This document shows, piece by piece, positions 1 to 8,401 of a stretch of 32,519 nucleotides of DNA. Under the pieces are notes generated by a model. The model was not told the origin of the DNA and made no database searches. It worked only from the letters and a program-made list of their open reading frames with translations. The DNA lies in the NCBI GenBank assembly GCA_030697445.1, contig JAUYPY010000051.1:1-32519 (forward strand). Reading direction: 5' to 3'. How positions within the stretch are numbered: position 1 is the stretch's first letter; each line of letters starts with the position of its first letter. Made by a program: the position numbers and the translations under genes. Origin of the DNA: a bacterium (GTDB lineage: Bacteria > Patescibacteriota > Minisyncoccia > Phycocordibacterales > UBA10002).

Positions 1-428
1 TTAAATTGGTACGCACCTTCATACAGGGATGATCCAATCTTCTTTTTTTCTAGGATTGCTATCAATTTTGGTAGATTCCCTTTTTCTTTTCCTATCTTCA
101 ATTCACTCGCCATCTCCGCCTGCTTCTCCAGCAAAAAATACTTGGAGGCCAAATCGGTATCACCTGCTTTGAGCGCGGCGATGAAAAGATTGAGTGTTTC
201 TTCGGGCGTGTCTCCGCCGTCAAAGTCCTTTTTGTACGCCTCCACAAGGTTGTCGCTATATTCCTGAATCTTTTTCGGGTCCTTCAGTTCTTTCACGACT
301 TCGTCAAAATCTCTCGCGACAAACGGCTCGTTCTGCGCCTTCCAATACCAAAGACCTCCTGCAATTACCGCAAGTGCAACAAATGTAACTAGACCCCCTC
401 CCCCGCCCCACTTAAGAATTTTAAGCAT
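1..428 (-). CDS. hypothetical membrane-anchored protein, 3' end runs off the window
   Basis: Minus-strand frame is open from ATG (426-428) to the window edge: MLKILKWGGGGGLVTFVALAVIAGGLWYWKAQNEPFVARDFDEVVKELKDPKK... It has an N-terminal hydrophobic helix. It is absent from the supplied track, presumably because it is edge-truncated. Confidence 0.55.
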   Translation of the reverse strand, partial: MLKILKWGGGGGLVTFVALAVIAGGLWYWKAQNEPFVARDFDEVVKELKDPKKIQEYSDNLVEAYKKDFDGGDTPEETLNLFIAALKAGDTDLASKYFLLEKQAEMASELKIGKEKGNLPKLIAILEKKKIGSSLYEGAYQF

Positions 429-512
429 AGGAGGTTATTATCTAACATCTTTCACCATACACAAAATCACTTATCCACTTTTTGTGCCGCAAAAACAGCA
501 GAAAAAGAAGCG

Positions 513-541
513 TAAAAAAACGGCTCAACGCACATTGAGTC
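513..541 (-). terminator. candidate intrinsic terminator after the 54-aa mini-gene
   Basis: Minus-strand RNA GACUCAAUGUGCGUUGAGCC forms a short stem and is followed by GUUUUUUUA. Confidence 0.4.
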
Positions 542-548
542 GTTTCGT

Positions 549-578
549 TATACAGTCATTTTGCAAAATGACCGTATA
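549..578. repeat. 30-nt near-perfect palindrome
   Basis: TATACAGTCATTTT-GC-AAAATGACCGTATA: two 14-nt arms with one mismatch, in an intergenic position. Confidence 0.7.
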
Positions 579-715
579 GTAAGTAGCGGAGCATATTTAC
601 TCATTCAAAATGAATATCTCAATCACGGAATTAAGAAACGCAAAGACAAAAGAAAAAACAAAAGTAACGCTTGCTAAAACAAAAATGGACCATGCAGCAT
701 CAGCTATTTGTTTTT

Positions 716-880
716 TCATAATAGCCACTCTTTTGCAAGTTTATAAAACTCTTGCGCAATCTGCAGTCCTCGTTTATTCGGTTGAGGGTTTCCGTGGGGC
801 TTCTTCTTATCATCAGGTAAATGATATAGCGGATCTGTATTTTTTCCATGAGCGCCAGTTGCGACGAGGATGATTTTCAT
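716..880 (-). CDS. 54-aa mini-paralog of the 296-aa lysozyme-like protein (N-terminal and C-terminal segments only)
   Basis: MKIILVATGAHGKN...PNKRGLQIAQEFYKLAKEWLL matches the first 14 aa and last ~25 aa of ORF 1585-2475. The frame is intact. It has its own extended -10 promoter and terminator. The track start at 919 is an upstream extension. Confidence 0.55.
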   Translation of the reverse strand: MKIILVATGAHGKNTDPLYHLPDDKKKPHGNPQPNKRGLQIAQEFYKLAKEWLL

Positions 881-886
881 ATAGGT

Positions 887-895
887 ATTATACCA
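887..895 (-). promoter_or_regulatory. extended -10 promoter TGGTATAAT, 6 nt before the ATG
   Basis: Minus strand reads TGG-TATAAT-ACCTAT-ATG. Confidence 0.5.
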
Positions 896-930
896 TCCCA
901 CTGTAACCGGCAAATCCACTTTTCACTCGA

Positions 931-957
931 CAAAAACAGTCCAACTTCGTTGAAACT
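931..957 (-). terminator. candidate intrinsic terminator after the 180-aa membrane protein gene
   Basis: Interrupted stem AGU/CAAC-GAA-GUUG/ACU followed by GUUUUUG on the minus strand. Confidence 0.35.
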
Positions 958-1009
958 TCCAGCCTTCGCCAAAGGCTATGGATGGGCGCGGCGCGGGACA
1001 AACTGACCA

Positions 1010-1049
1010 CTAAACATTCTCACATTCTGCAGAATGTGAGAATGTTTAG
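1010..1049. repeat. perfect 40-nt palindrome (20+20, no spacer)
   Basis: CTAAACATTCTCACATTCTG|CAGAATGTGAGAATGTTTAG. Each arm holds two copies of CATTCT/AGAATG. It overlaps the stop codon (1046-1048) of the 180-aa ORF. Confidence 0.95.
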
Positions 1050-1588
1050 TGTATCGCTGGTTCGTAAAAGCAACGAATATCGCCCTGCGGGGCATAATCT
1101 GTTTGCCGAGCAAATACGACATATGGAGTTCCTTGTATATCTCGCTTATCGAAAGATACGCGCATTTTCTTATACCAGTCAGACCATAGAGTTGACCACA
1201 GATAATCTTCTGAAAACTCTTCGTCGTCAAAAAACTTGAGTTCCACAGAAACAAGATTGCTACCGTCGAAGGGTTTGACGAAGACATTTTCATAAAATCT
1301 ACTAATATTTTCTGGCGTTTTCTCGCTTACGCGAAGTTCGCCAACGAGATAATCACAACCGTTGGAAGCGCCGCGAAAAAGATTACCGAAGTCCTTCACT
1401 CTCTTTACGAGTGTTGAGTTCAATGGGTGTTCAACTGCGCGAAAATGTTTTTGCAAGGTATTTAATTGGTGATTATGCAACGGCATTTTCCACATACCCA
1501 CCATCAAGAAAAACACAACGATACAGACGAAAAAGACACCGAGCCACGCGAACATACACGCGAAGATTTTCAGCGTCTCTTTTATCAT
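1046..1588 (-). CDS. hypothetical single-pass membrane protein (180 aa)
   Basis: ATG at 1586-1588 forms an ATGA overlap with the upstream stop codon. N-terminal TM segment IFACMFAWLGVFFVCIVVFFLMVGMW. No recognisable domain. Confidence 0.65.
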   Translation of the reverse strand: MIKETLKIFACMFAWLGVFFVCIVVFFLMVGMWKMPLHNHQLNTLQKHFRAVEHPLNSTLVKRVKDFGNLFRGASNGCDYLVGELRVSEKTPENISRFYENVFVKPFDGSNLVSVELKFFDDEEFSEDYLWSTLWSDWYKKMRVSFDKRDIQGTPYVVFARQTDYAPQGDIRCFYEPAIH

Positions 1589-2475
1589 TGCAACCATTTT
1601 TGAGCCAACTGGTAAAATTCGTTCGCGATTTGTAACCCGCGCTTGTTCGCTTCTGGATGTGCATGAGGTGGTTTGTACATTGAATACAATGTTGCAATAA
1701 TTTCTGGTTTTTCGTTAAGATCAAGGTACTTTTTCCATTCATCAATTACTGAACGGATTTTAGCCGCCGCAAAAAAGATGCTATGTTTCGGCTGTTTTAC
1801 ATACTCGTACAAATCTCTGCGAGACATCTTTCCCACGCTCTTTACTGAAAGTCCTGGAGCGCCTTGATTGGGATTGTAGTAGCCGTCTTGTATAAGTCCA
1901 CGCGCAGTTTCTATCTTTACTTGAGCAATTCCCGCAGAAACATTTTTACCGATAAAGAAAACTGCTAGATTTTCAGAGACATCTTCAAATGGAGTAAACC
2001 GTGCAATCTCGTCTATGATGATTGCACCGAGGAGATACGGGTCTATCTTGAATTTCTTGGCGGCAGAAAAAATCAATTCTCGGTGCGGTTGCAATTTTAT
2101 CCTTGCTTTTTCTTTCGTTATCTTCCATTTTTCATCATAGGTAACAATGAGCGGTCCGCCGTCTTTCTCAAGTATGTATTGATACAGTTGCACATAACGC
2201 GCAAGCGCTGGCGTAGATAAGGCATTGCGCGTATCGTTTGCATAGGTAAACAGTTGGTTAGAAGAAATAGCAATTTGCTCTAATTGTTCTTTTTTTGGAG
2301 TGCTCGGCTTCGTGCGTAGATATGCGCCGTTTTTCCCTTGCACGGCGTACACATTCTCAAACTTCTTTTCTCTTGCAAGCCGCACCGCTTCTTCTAGAGA
2401 ATACACCTGCAATGTATCAGAAACAAAAATCACATTTTTGCCTTGAGCACCGGTAGCGACGAGGATGATTTTCAT
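1585..2475 (-). CDS. hypothetical protein with a lysozyme/SLT-like C-terminal region (296 aa), no signal peptide
   Basis: AIIIDEIARF...VSAGIAQVKIETAR resembles the SLT pattern ES...GAxGLMQ...TA. The N-terminal ~60 aa form a small separate domain of unknown type. Tentative family call. Confidence 0.6.
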   Translation of the reverse strand: MKIILVATGAQGKNVIFVSDTLQVYSLEEAVRLAREKKFENVYAVQGKNGAYLRTKPSTPKKEQLEQIAISSNQLFTYANDTRNALSTPALARYVQLYQYILEKDGGPLIVTYDEKWKITKEKARIKLQPHRELIFSAAKKFKIDPYLLGAIIIDEIARFTPFEDVSENLAVFFIGKNVSAGIAQVKIETARGLIQDGYYNPNQGAPGLSVKSVGKMSRRDLYEYVKQPKHSIFFAAAKIRSVIDEWKKYLDLNEKPEIIATLYSMYKPPHAHPEANKRGLQIANEFYQLAQKWLQ

Positions 2476-2481
2476 AAGAAA

Positions 2482-2490
2482 ATTGTAACA
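2482..2490 (-). promoter_or_regulatory. extended -10 promoter TGTTACAAT, 6 nt before the ATG
   Basis: Minus strand reads TGT-TACAAT-TTTCTT-ATG. Confidence 0.5.
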
Positions 2491-2614
2491 TAACGATAAA
2501 AAACGCCTAAATTCTCGCCGCTTTTTTCAAAAAAAATGGCTCCACGCTGCGGATTTGCCGATAAATTGGTGCGAACAGAAATTTGGAAATAACGGCCACA
2601 GATTACGGGAAGAT

Positions 2615-2959
2615 TCAACGGAAAAACAAGAAGAAGAGGGGCCCGAACATAAGTGCGGTTATGCAAGCGAACGCGAGAATAGTGTTCACAAAAAGCGCGC
2701 CTCCTTCTTTTTTTGCGCCATCTATGTAAAGTCGGAGTGGCGTGTACAGAAAACAGTACCCCATCACCGCCGCCGAAAGCGTGAAAAGAGAGATAAAGGC
2801 AATAGGGCCGAGCGCCCCAACATCTTGCATATGATCTTCAATTTTCGGCGCGTAGTACATCACGCTTCCGATGGTGGAAATGTATGTCGCCGCCGCAAGC
2901 GCGTTTATAATAGGATTTCTGGTCATATCGATTACGATAACACGCGTTTTTGATTTCAT
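2615..2959 (-). CDS. small integral membrane protein (114 aa, about 3 TM)
   Basis: ATG at 2957-2959 lies 1 nt after the M23 gene stop. Three hydrophobic segments are present. The longer track ORF overlaps the upstream gene. Confidence 0.6.
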   Translation of the reverse strand: MKSKTRVIVIDMTRNPIINALAAATYISTIGSVMYYAPKIEDHMQDVGALGPIAFISLFTLSAAVMGYCFLYTPLRLYIDGAKKEGGALFVNTILAFACITALMFGPLFFLFFR

Positions 2960-2960
2960 G

Positions 2961-4220
2961 TTACAAATACGACAGCGGGTTGAGGTAGGCGCCGGGGTTG
3001 GCAACCGGTAGAATGTAATTTTTGACGCATACGCGGCTTGGGCGCGTTGCAACCTCTACACCTTGCGTTGCAAACACCGTAAAGTGCAAATGCGGACCTG
3101 TGGCATATCCGGTTGCCCCGCTATACGCAATCACCTCGCCAGTAGAAACGCCCTGCCCTTCGGCAACGCGAATGAGCGAGAGGTGCGCGTAAAGCGTCGT
3201 AAGCCCGTTGCCATGCTCAACCAAAACCCATTTGCCGTAAGATGCGCCGCTACAGGTTCGGTCGGTATCACCGACCCCCTTCACAATTCCAGAAAGCGCA
3301 GTTTTAACCGGCGTGCCGATACCCGCGCGGAAATCAACACCGTTGTGCCCCTGCCCGTTGTAGGCGCCGCTTTTTGCAAACGCGGTCGCTCCGAAATATT
3401 GCGTAATCTTGATAGTATCGAGCGGCCAGCGGAGTACGCCCGAACCTGTTTGCGGCAAGCGCGATGGATCCAATTCGAACTTTAACTGCGATTCGTATTC
3501 CAAAAGCTCATTCTCAAACGCTTCGCGTAGCGCCAACCTATCTTGCAGCAATTTTTTGTAATTTGTTTCTTTGTTTTTTGTGGAAGTCAGAAACGCTTGC
3601 TGTGTCGCGCGTTCCCCGTCGGCAATTCGCTTGCGGTCTGCGCGTTCGTTTTTAAGTCCAGTGAGCTCGCGGCGTTTTGCATCAAGCGCGGTGCGATCTT
3701 GTTCTAATCCGGCTTTCAGCTCTTTCACACTGCGGATTCGCTCAGTGAGCCGCGCTTCCACCGCGCGAAGCGCGTCCGCTTCGCGCCACGCTCCGGAAAA
3801 TCCGTTTTCATTCAAGAATATTTCTACCGGGTTTTCTCGATGCACTTCCGCAAGCAAACGCAACGCTTTCTCCAACCCTGCATTTCCGCGACCGATGCGG
3901 TTCTCTTGTACGAGGATGTTTTCGGTAAGCGAATCGATAGAAAGAGTAGCGGCACTGATTTTGCTCTCAGTTGCTTTGATTTCGGTAAGAAGTTTTCTGC
4001 GCGTCAGATCCAGTTCTGCAATTGCGTTTTTCAGGGTACTCGCTTCCCCACCGAGTTTGTCCAACTCGCCCTGATAGGCGGCAATTTCTTTTTCAAGCGC
4101 CGCAATCTGCGCGTTCCGCTCGCCAATTTTCGTTTGCAAATCGGCAATGTCGGCGCCCGCTATGCGCGCGCCGAGAATACCAAATATAAAAATCGCCGTG
4201 ATAACAATAATCCGCTTCAC
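2961..4220 (-). CDS. M23 family metalloendopeptidase with N-terminal coiled coil (EnvC-like)
   Basis: N-terminal signal/TM segment and a long heptad-rich region. M23 motifs HNGVDF (HxxxD) and GPHLHF (HxH). GTG start in a GTGA overlap with the gltX stop. Confidence 0.9.
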   Translation of the reverse strand: MKRIIVITAIFIFGILGARIAGADIADLQTKIGERNAQIAALEKEIAAYQGELDKLGGEASTLKNAIAELDLTRRKLLTEIKATESKISAATLSIDSLTENILVQENRIGRGNAGLEKALRLLAEVHRENPVEIFLNENGFSGAWREADALRAVEARLTERIRSVKELKAGLEQDRTALDAKRRELTGLKNERADRKRIADGERATQQAFLTSTKNKETNYKKLLQDRLALREAFENELLEYESQLKFELDPSRLPQTGSGVLRWPLDTIKITQYFGATAFAKSGAYNGQGHNGVDFRAGIGTPVKTALSGIVKGVGDTDRTCSGASYGKWVLVEHGNGLTTLYAHLSLIRVAEGQGVSTGEVIAYSGATGYATGPHLHFTVFATQGVEVATRPSRVCVKNYILPVANPGAYLNPLSYL

Positions 4221-5119
4221 TTCACTATCATATCTTTTTTCTTGAGGTATTGCCTATTTAGCCAATTGAGCTTGTTACCGTCGAGCACCGCACCGCCTTT
4301 TTGCACGCGCTGAAGCTGAAATTGCGTGACGAGGTCGTCAAACGAAAGTACTTCGCTTGCGTCGCTCGCAGACGGATGCCAGCCAAGGAGGGCAAGAAAA
4401 TTCAGCATCGCTTCTGGTGCAATATTCATATTCCTATAGTGCGCAAGCGATACAGCTTCGCCGTGTTTGCGTTTGGAAAGCTTGCTTCTATCGGGCGCGA
4501 GGATCAAAGGCAGGTGCGCGTAGAGAGGGCGCGTCGCGCCGAGCGCTTCTTGTATTAAAATCTGGCGCGGCGTGTTGGAAATATGGTCCTCTCCGCGAAT
4601 AACATGCGTCACTTTCATTTCAAAATCGTCTACGACAACAGCGAGATGGTAAAGCGGTTCGGACACGCTCCGTGCGATGACAAAATCCTTGAGCTCGGTT
4701 GTGTCAAAACTCACTTCGCCGCGCACCATATCTTGAAAAGTGACCCGTTTGTTCGGATTTTTGAATCGCACGACTTCCGCTATTTCCCCTTCTGCTCCAT
4801 CTTTTTTCGCCTCCCGAGACACATACGCCGCGCCTGACTTTATAAGCGCATCGAGATGTTTCTGATACAGGTCCGTACGCTCAGATTGTTTGTATATTTC
4901 GTCTGGTTTTATTCCTAACCATTCTAATCCGCTTAAAATATCTTCCTCGTATTTTTTCTCCGACCGTTCCTTGTCGGTGTCTTCAATGCGCAAAATAAAC
5001 TTTCCGCCGGTTTGCTTGGCGAAAATATAATTAAAGAGCGCTGTGCGCGCGCCGCCGATATGCAAAGGGCCGGTGGGCGACGGCGCAAAACGGACGATTG
5101 GTTTTTGTTTAGTGTTCAT
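4217..5119 (-). CDS. gltX: glutamate--tRNA ligase catalytic core only (300 aa, no anticodon-binding domain)
   Basis: RFAPSPTGPLHIGGARTALFNYIFAK...FILRIEDTD (HIGH motif), KLSKRK (KMSKS motif) and NFLALLGWHP. The protein ends just after the ...LNWLNRQYL region, where the anticodon-binding domain normally begins. ATG at 5117-5119. Confidence 0.85.
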   Translation of the reverse strand: MNTKQKPIVRFAPSPTGPLHIGGARTALFNYIFAKQTGGKFILRIEDTDKERSEKKYEEDILSGLEWLGIKPDEIYKQSERTDLYQKHLDALIKSGAAYVSREAKKDGAEGEIAEVVRFKNPNKRVTFQDMVRGEVSFDTTELKDFVIARSVSEPLYHLAVVVDDFEMKVTHVIRGEDHISNTPRQILIQEALGATRPLYAHLPLILAPDRSKLSKRKHGEAVSLAHYRNMNIAPEAMLNFLALLGWHPSASDASEVLSFDDLVTQFQLQRVQKGGAVLDGNKLNWLNRQYLKKKDMIVK

Positions 5120-6236
5120 GAGATAGTCCAATTTCTAATAATTTTTCCCCAATCACGCGGCTCGCGTCAGGTTTGGCAAACGCGCGCGCCGCGCGCGCCA
5201 TTTCGGCGCGGCGGCTTTCGCTTCCAATAATCTTTGCGATTTCCGCGAGAAAGAGCGCGGGCGAGAGATTTGTCTCTTCCAAAACGGCCGCCGCGCCGGA
5301 CTCCGCATACGCGTATGCGTTCTTGCGCTGATGGTCGCCGTTTGATTCGGCGATGGGAATAATAATAGACGGCAGTCCCCATGCGGCGATTTCAAAAATG
5401 GTTGAGCCCGCGCGTGAGACGACAAGTGATGCAACGCCTGCCGCCATACGAAGTGCTTCTTCATCTAAAAATCCGAAAGGATGGTAGCGTTCCGCATGGC
5501 CGTTCCCTTCCAAAATGACGCGGCCGCGCGCCGCAGCTTCGGCAAAATTTTCTTTTCCTGTCTGGTGAATAACCTGAAACTGCTCCGTGAGTTTAGAGAG
5601 CGATGAGAGAATGAGTTCATTGATTGCTTGCGCTCCCTGCGAGCCGCCGAGCACGAGGAGCACTGGCGCGTCTGTTTCCAATTTCAGAAATTCGCGCGCG
5701 CCATCGGCGCTTGGCGCGCGCAAGACATTACGCACCGGGTGCCCCGTCCAGGCGGTTTTCGCGGACGGGAAAAATTGCGCGGAATCCGCAAACGAAACCG
5801 CGATGCGCGCGGCAAACTTCCCCGCCCAGCGGTTCACTCTGCCCGGTACGGAATCGGATTCGTGAATGACGACGGGGATTCGTAAGATACGCGCGGCAAG
5901 GAGCGTTGGGAAGCTCCCGTACCCGCCCTTACCAAACACGACATCAGGGTAATGGTAAAACAGAAGCCCTAGCGTTTTGATAACCCCCCATGCAGTCGTG
6001 AATGCATCAATAATATTTCTCTTGTCTGCATAGCGGCGGAGTTTGCCGGCGGGCGTTTTCACAAAAATGATTTCGTATTTCGCCAAAAGTCCCGCATCGC
6101 ACGGGTCGGGGGCGAAAAAATATAGCTGCGGCGGAACGAGTCGCCGTTCGCGCGCGAGAGCGCGCACCTCCTCCGCCACCGCAATAATCGGGTAAAAATG
6201 TCCGCCCGTTCCGCCTCCCGTAAAAACAATTCTCAT
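5109..6236 (-). CDS. murG: undecaprenyldiphospho-muramoylpentapeptide beta-N-acetylglucosaminyltransferase
   Basis: MRIVFTGGGTGGHFYP glycine-rich N-terminus, GT28-type C-terminal half, and dcw-cluster context. Confidence 0.93.
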   Translation of the reverse strand: MRIVFTGGGTGGHFYPIIAVAEEVRALARERRLVPPQLYFFAPDPCDAGLLAKYEIIFVKTPAGKLRRYADKRNIIDAFTTAWGVIKTLGLLFYHYPDVVFGKGGYGSFPTLLAARILRIPVVIHESDSVPGRVNRWAGKFAARIAVSFADSAQFFPSAKTAWTGHPVRNVLRAPSADGAREFLKLETDAPVLLVLGGSQGAQAINELILSSLSKLTEQFQVIHQTGKENFAEAAARGRVILEGNGHAERYHPFGFLDEEALRMAAGVASLVVSRAGSTIFEIAAWGLPSIIIPIAESNGDHQRKNAYAYAESGAAAVLEETNLSPALFLAEIAKIIGSESRRAEMARAARAFAKPDASRVIGEKLLEIGLSHEH

Positions 6237-6240
6237 ATCG

Positions 6241-7344
6241 CTATTTTACCATACTTCGGCGCGACACATTCAAAATAAGCCCTACTTCAATAAGTGTTGC
6301 AATCATCGCCGTGCCGCCGTGAGAAATGAACGGAAGCGTAAGACCGGAGAGCGGAAATAGCCCGAGCATTGACGCAAAATTGAGAAATGCCGTACCGGTG
6401 ATGAGGGCGATACAACCAAGTGCCAAGAGCCGTTCAAATGCGTCATCGGAGCGTGAAGCGATGCGAAGCCCTCGCAATGCAAGACCGGTAAAAAGCAGGA
6501 CAAGCGCAAGCGTGCCGACAAGGCCGAACTCTTCGCCGAAGACGGCGAAAATAGAGTCGCTCGTCGGTTCCGGCAATCGGTCAAATTTCTGAACGCTCCG
6601 TCCGAACCCTTTGCCTGTAATACTGCCGCTTCCAATTGCAATAAGCGATTGTTGAAGTTGGTAACCGGAGCCCAGCGGATCGCGGTCTGGATTTATAAAA
6701 ACCGTGAGGCGCTCCAAGAGGTACGGCCGTACGGAAAAAAGCACCGTCGCGCCGATAAGACCAACAACACCGAGCGTAACCAAATGCTTGATCGGATATC
6801 CGCCGACCGAGTAGAGCGCGGCTCCGGCGGCAATAACAATCGCAAACGAATCGGTATCGGGCTGTGACAAAAAGAGCGCCCCCGCAACCGTCAAGAAAAG
6901 CGAAAAGACGAGAAAGGTTTTGCGATGATGTATCTCCCGCGATGCATTACCTTGCGCGAGCCACGCGGCGAGCGCAATTACAAACGCAAGTTTAAAAATC
7001 TCTCCGGGCTGAATGGAAACACCAAAAATAGAAAACCACCGCTGAGCCCCTCCGTGCGCAACGCCGATACCAGGAACCAGTAACAGAATCATCGGTATGG
7101 TAGCGGCTATGCCGATAACCCATGCGTATTTTTTTACCAATGAAAGCGGGATGCGCGTTGCGGCAAAACAAAGTACGAGCCCGAGCGCAATGCTCGCAAG
7201 TTGCGTGAGCGCTCTGCTTGCAAACAGCCCGCCTTCTTTGAGCAACAGTCCGAACGATGCGGAAGTGAAAATAAAATACCCGCCAACCAAAAGCAGTACG
7301 GCGATGGAAAGAAATATTCGGTCAACGGATTGTTTTCTGCGCAT
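6241..7344 (-). CDS. ftsW: SEDS family peptidoglycan polymerase FtsW/RodA
   Basis: Polytopic membrane protein with conserved C-terminal LPFISHGGTAM. It sits between mraY and murG. ATG at 7342-7344 directly follows the mraY stop. Confidence 0.88.
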   Translation of the reverse strand: MRRKQSVDRIFLSIAVLLLVGGYFIFTSASFGLLLKEGGLFASRALTQLASIALGLVLCFAATRIPLSLVKKYAWVIGIAATIPMILLLVPGIGVAHGGAQRWFSIFGVSIQPGEIFKLAFVIALAAWLAQGNASREIHHRKTFLVFSLFLTVAGALFLSQPDTDSFAIVIAAGAALYSVGGYPIKHLVTLGVVGLIGATVLFSVRPYLLERLTVFINPDRDPLGSGYQLQQSLIAIGSGSITGKGFGRSVQKFDRLPEPTSDSIFAVFGEEFGLVGTLALVLLFTGLALRGLRIASRSDDAFERLLALGCIALITGTAFLNFASMLGLFPLSGLTLPFISHGGTAMIATLIEVGLILNVSRRSMVK

Positions 7345-7345
7345 A

Positions 7346-8401
7346 TTACCCAATCAGCGCCACAATCGTGCCGACCATCGCGAATAGAACCGAGAGCACC
7401 CAGTAGCGCATTGTTACTTTGTAAGGCGGCCAGCCAAGCGCTTCAAAGTGGTGGTGCAAAGGCGCGACCAAAAATACTTTCTTGCCTCTGAACTTTTTTG
7501 ACGCTACCTGCACGATATTTGAAAGTGTCGTAAGCAGTAGCGGCGCGGCGATAATCGGAAGCACGGCGATCCCCTTCCCACCGTCTACCGCGTCCGTCAT
7601 AAACGCAACAATCGTAAGCGCGAGCGTGAGCGCCATCGTTCCTGTTTCGGAAAGGTAAAAGCGTGCGGGCGGAATATTGAACCACAGGAACGCGAGAATG
7701 CCGCCGACAAGCGCCGCGCAAAGCGCGGCTAAATTGAACTGATCTTGAAAGAATGCAATTAAAGAGTACGCGCCAAACATTACCGCAAACACGCCGCCCG
7801 CAAGGCCGTCTATGCCATCTATCACGCCGCCCGAATACACCGCGAGTGCAATCAACACAAAGAGCGGAATAAAGAACATTCCGACCTGCACTTCTCCCAC
7901 AAACGGAAACGATACCGCGCTCGTTTCAAGCTTGACGGAAAACCAGAGCGCGGCGAGCAGTGAAATAATGGTAACGGCAATTAGGCGCTTCTTAAGCGAG
8001 ATTCCTCCTGCTCCGCGCACTTCTAAAAAGTCATCGGCGAGTCCGACGAGTGCGCCCAGTAAAAGCGCCATAAGCGGAAGCCATGTCTGGCCGCGGCTCA
8101 CAAAATCCAATTTTGAAAAAAGCTCTGAAGAAACAAAAAGTGGCAAAAGCCATAAAAGAAGCGCAGTTGCTCCAGCCGCCACCCACACGACCACACCGCC
8201 CATTTTCGGCGTACCGACTTCGCGCGTTTCGTGGAGTTTGTTGAAAATGTGCGCATCTCCACCATCAAGCGCGCGCTTGCCCGCGCGCTTTTTCCACATT
8301 TTGCGCGTATACAAAAAGTTGGTCAGCACCGGAGCAAACCCGATGCCGATGGCAAATGAGATAATTCCGGGCAGAAGCGTTTTTACAACATTTAAAATCA
8401 T
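7346..8401 (-). CDS. mraY: phospho-N-acetylmuramoyl-pentapeptide-transferase
   Basis: Polytopic membrane protein with TPKMGG, DDFLEV and APLHHHFE motifs. Confidence 0.93.
   Translation of the reverse strand: MILNVVKTLLPGIISFAIGIGFAPVLTNFLYTRKMWKKRAGKRALDGGDAHIFNKLHETREVGTPKMGGVVVWVAAGATALLLWLLPLFVSSELFSKLDFVSRGQTWLPLMALLLGALVGLADDFLEVRGAGGISLKKRLIAVTIISLLAALWFSVKLETSAVSFPFVGEVQVGMFFIPLFVLIALAVYSGGVIDGIDGLAGGVFAVMFGAYSLIAFFQDQFNLAALCAALVGGILAFLWFNIPPARFYLSETGTMALTLALTIVAFMTDAVDGGKGIAVLPIIAAPLLLTTLSNIVQVASKKFRGKKVFLVAPLHHHFEALGWPPYKVTMRYWVLSVLFAMVGTIVALIG

Noticed and set aside
610-873. Plus-strand 87-aa ORF covering the mini-paralog locus.
   Set aside because: It has no SD or promoter, and the opposite strand encodes a peptide with clear similarity to the 296-aa paralog. 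The minus-strand reading is better supported.
961-977. Small hairpin AGCCTT-CGCCA-AAGGCT as a feature related to the GGCTTCGGCC hairpins.
   Set aside because: It has only a 6-bp stem with a different loop and context, and it lacks the accompanying GNRA hairpin and promoter. It is probably just part of the terminator region.
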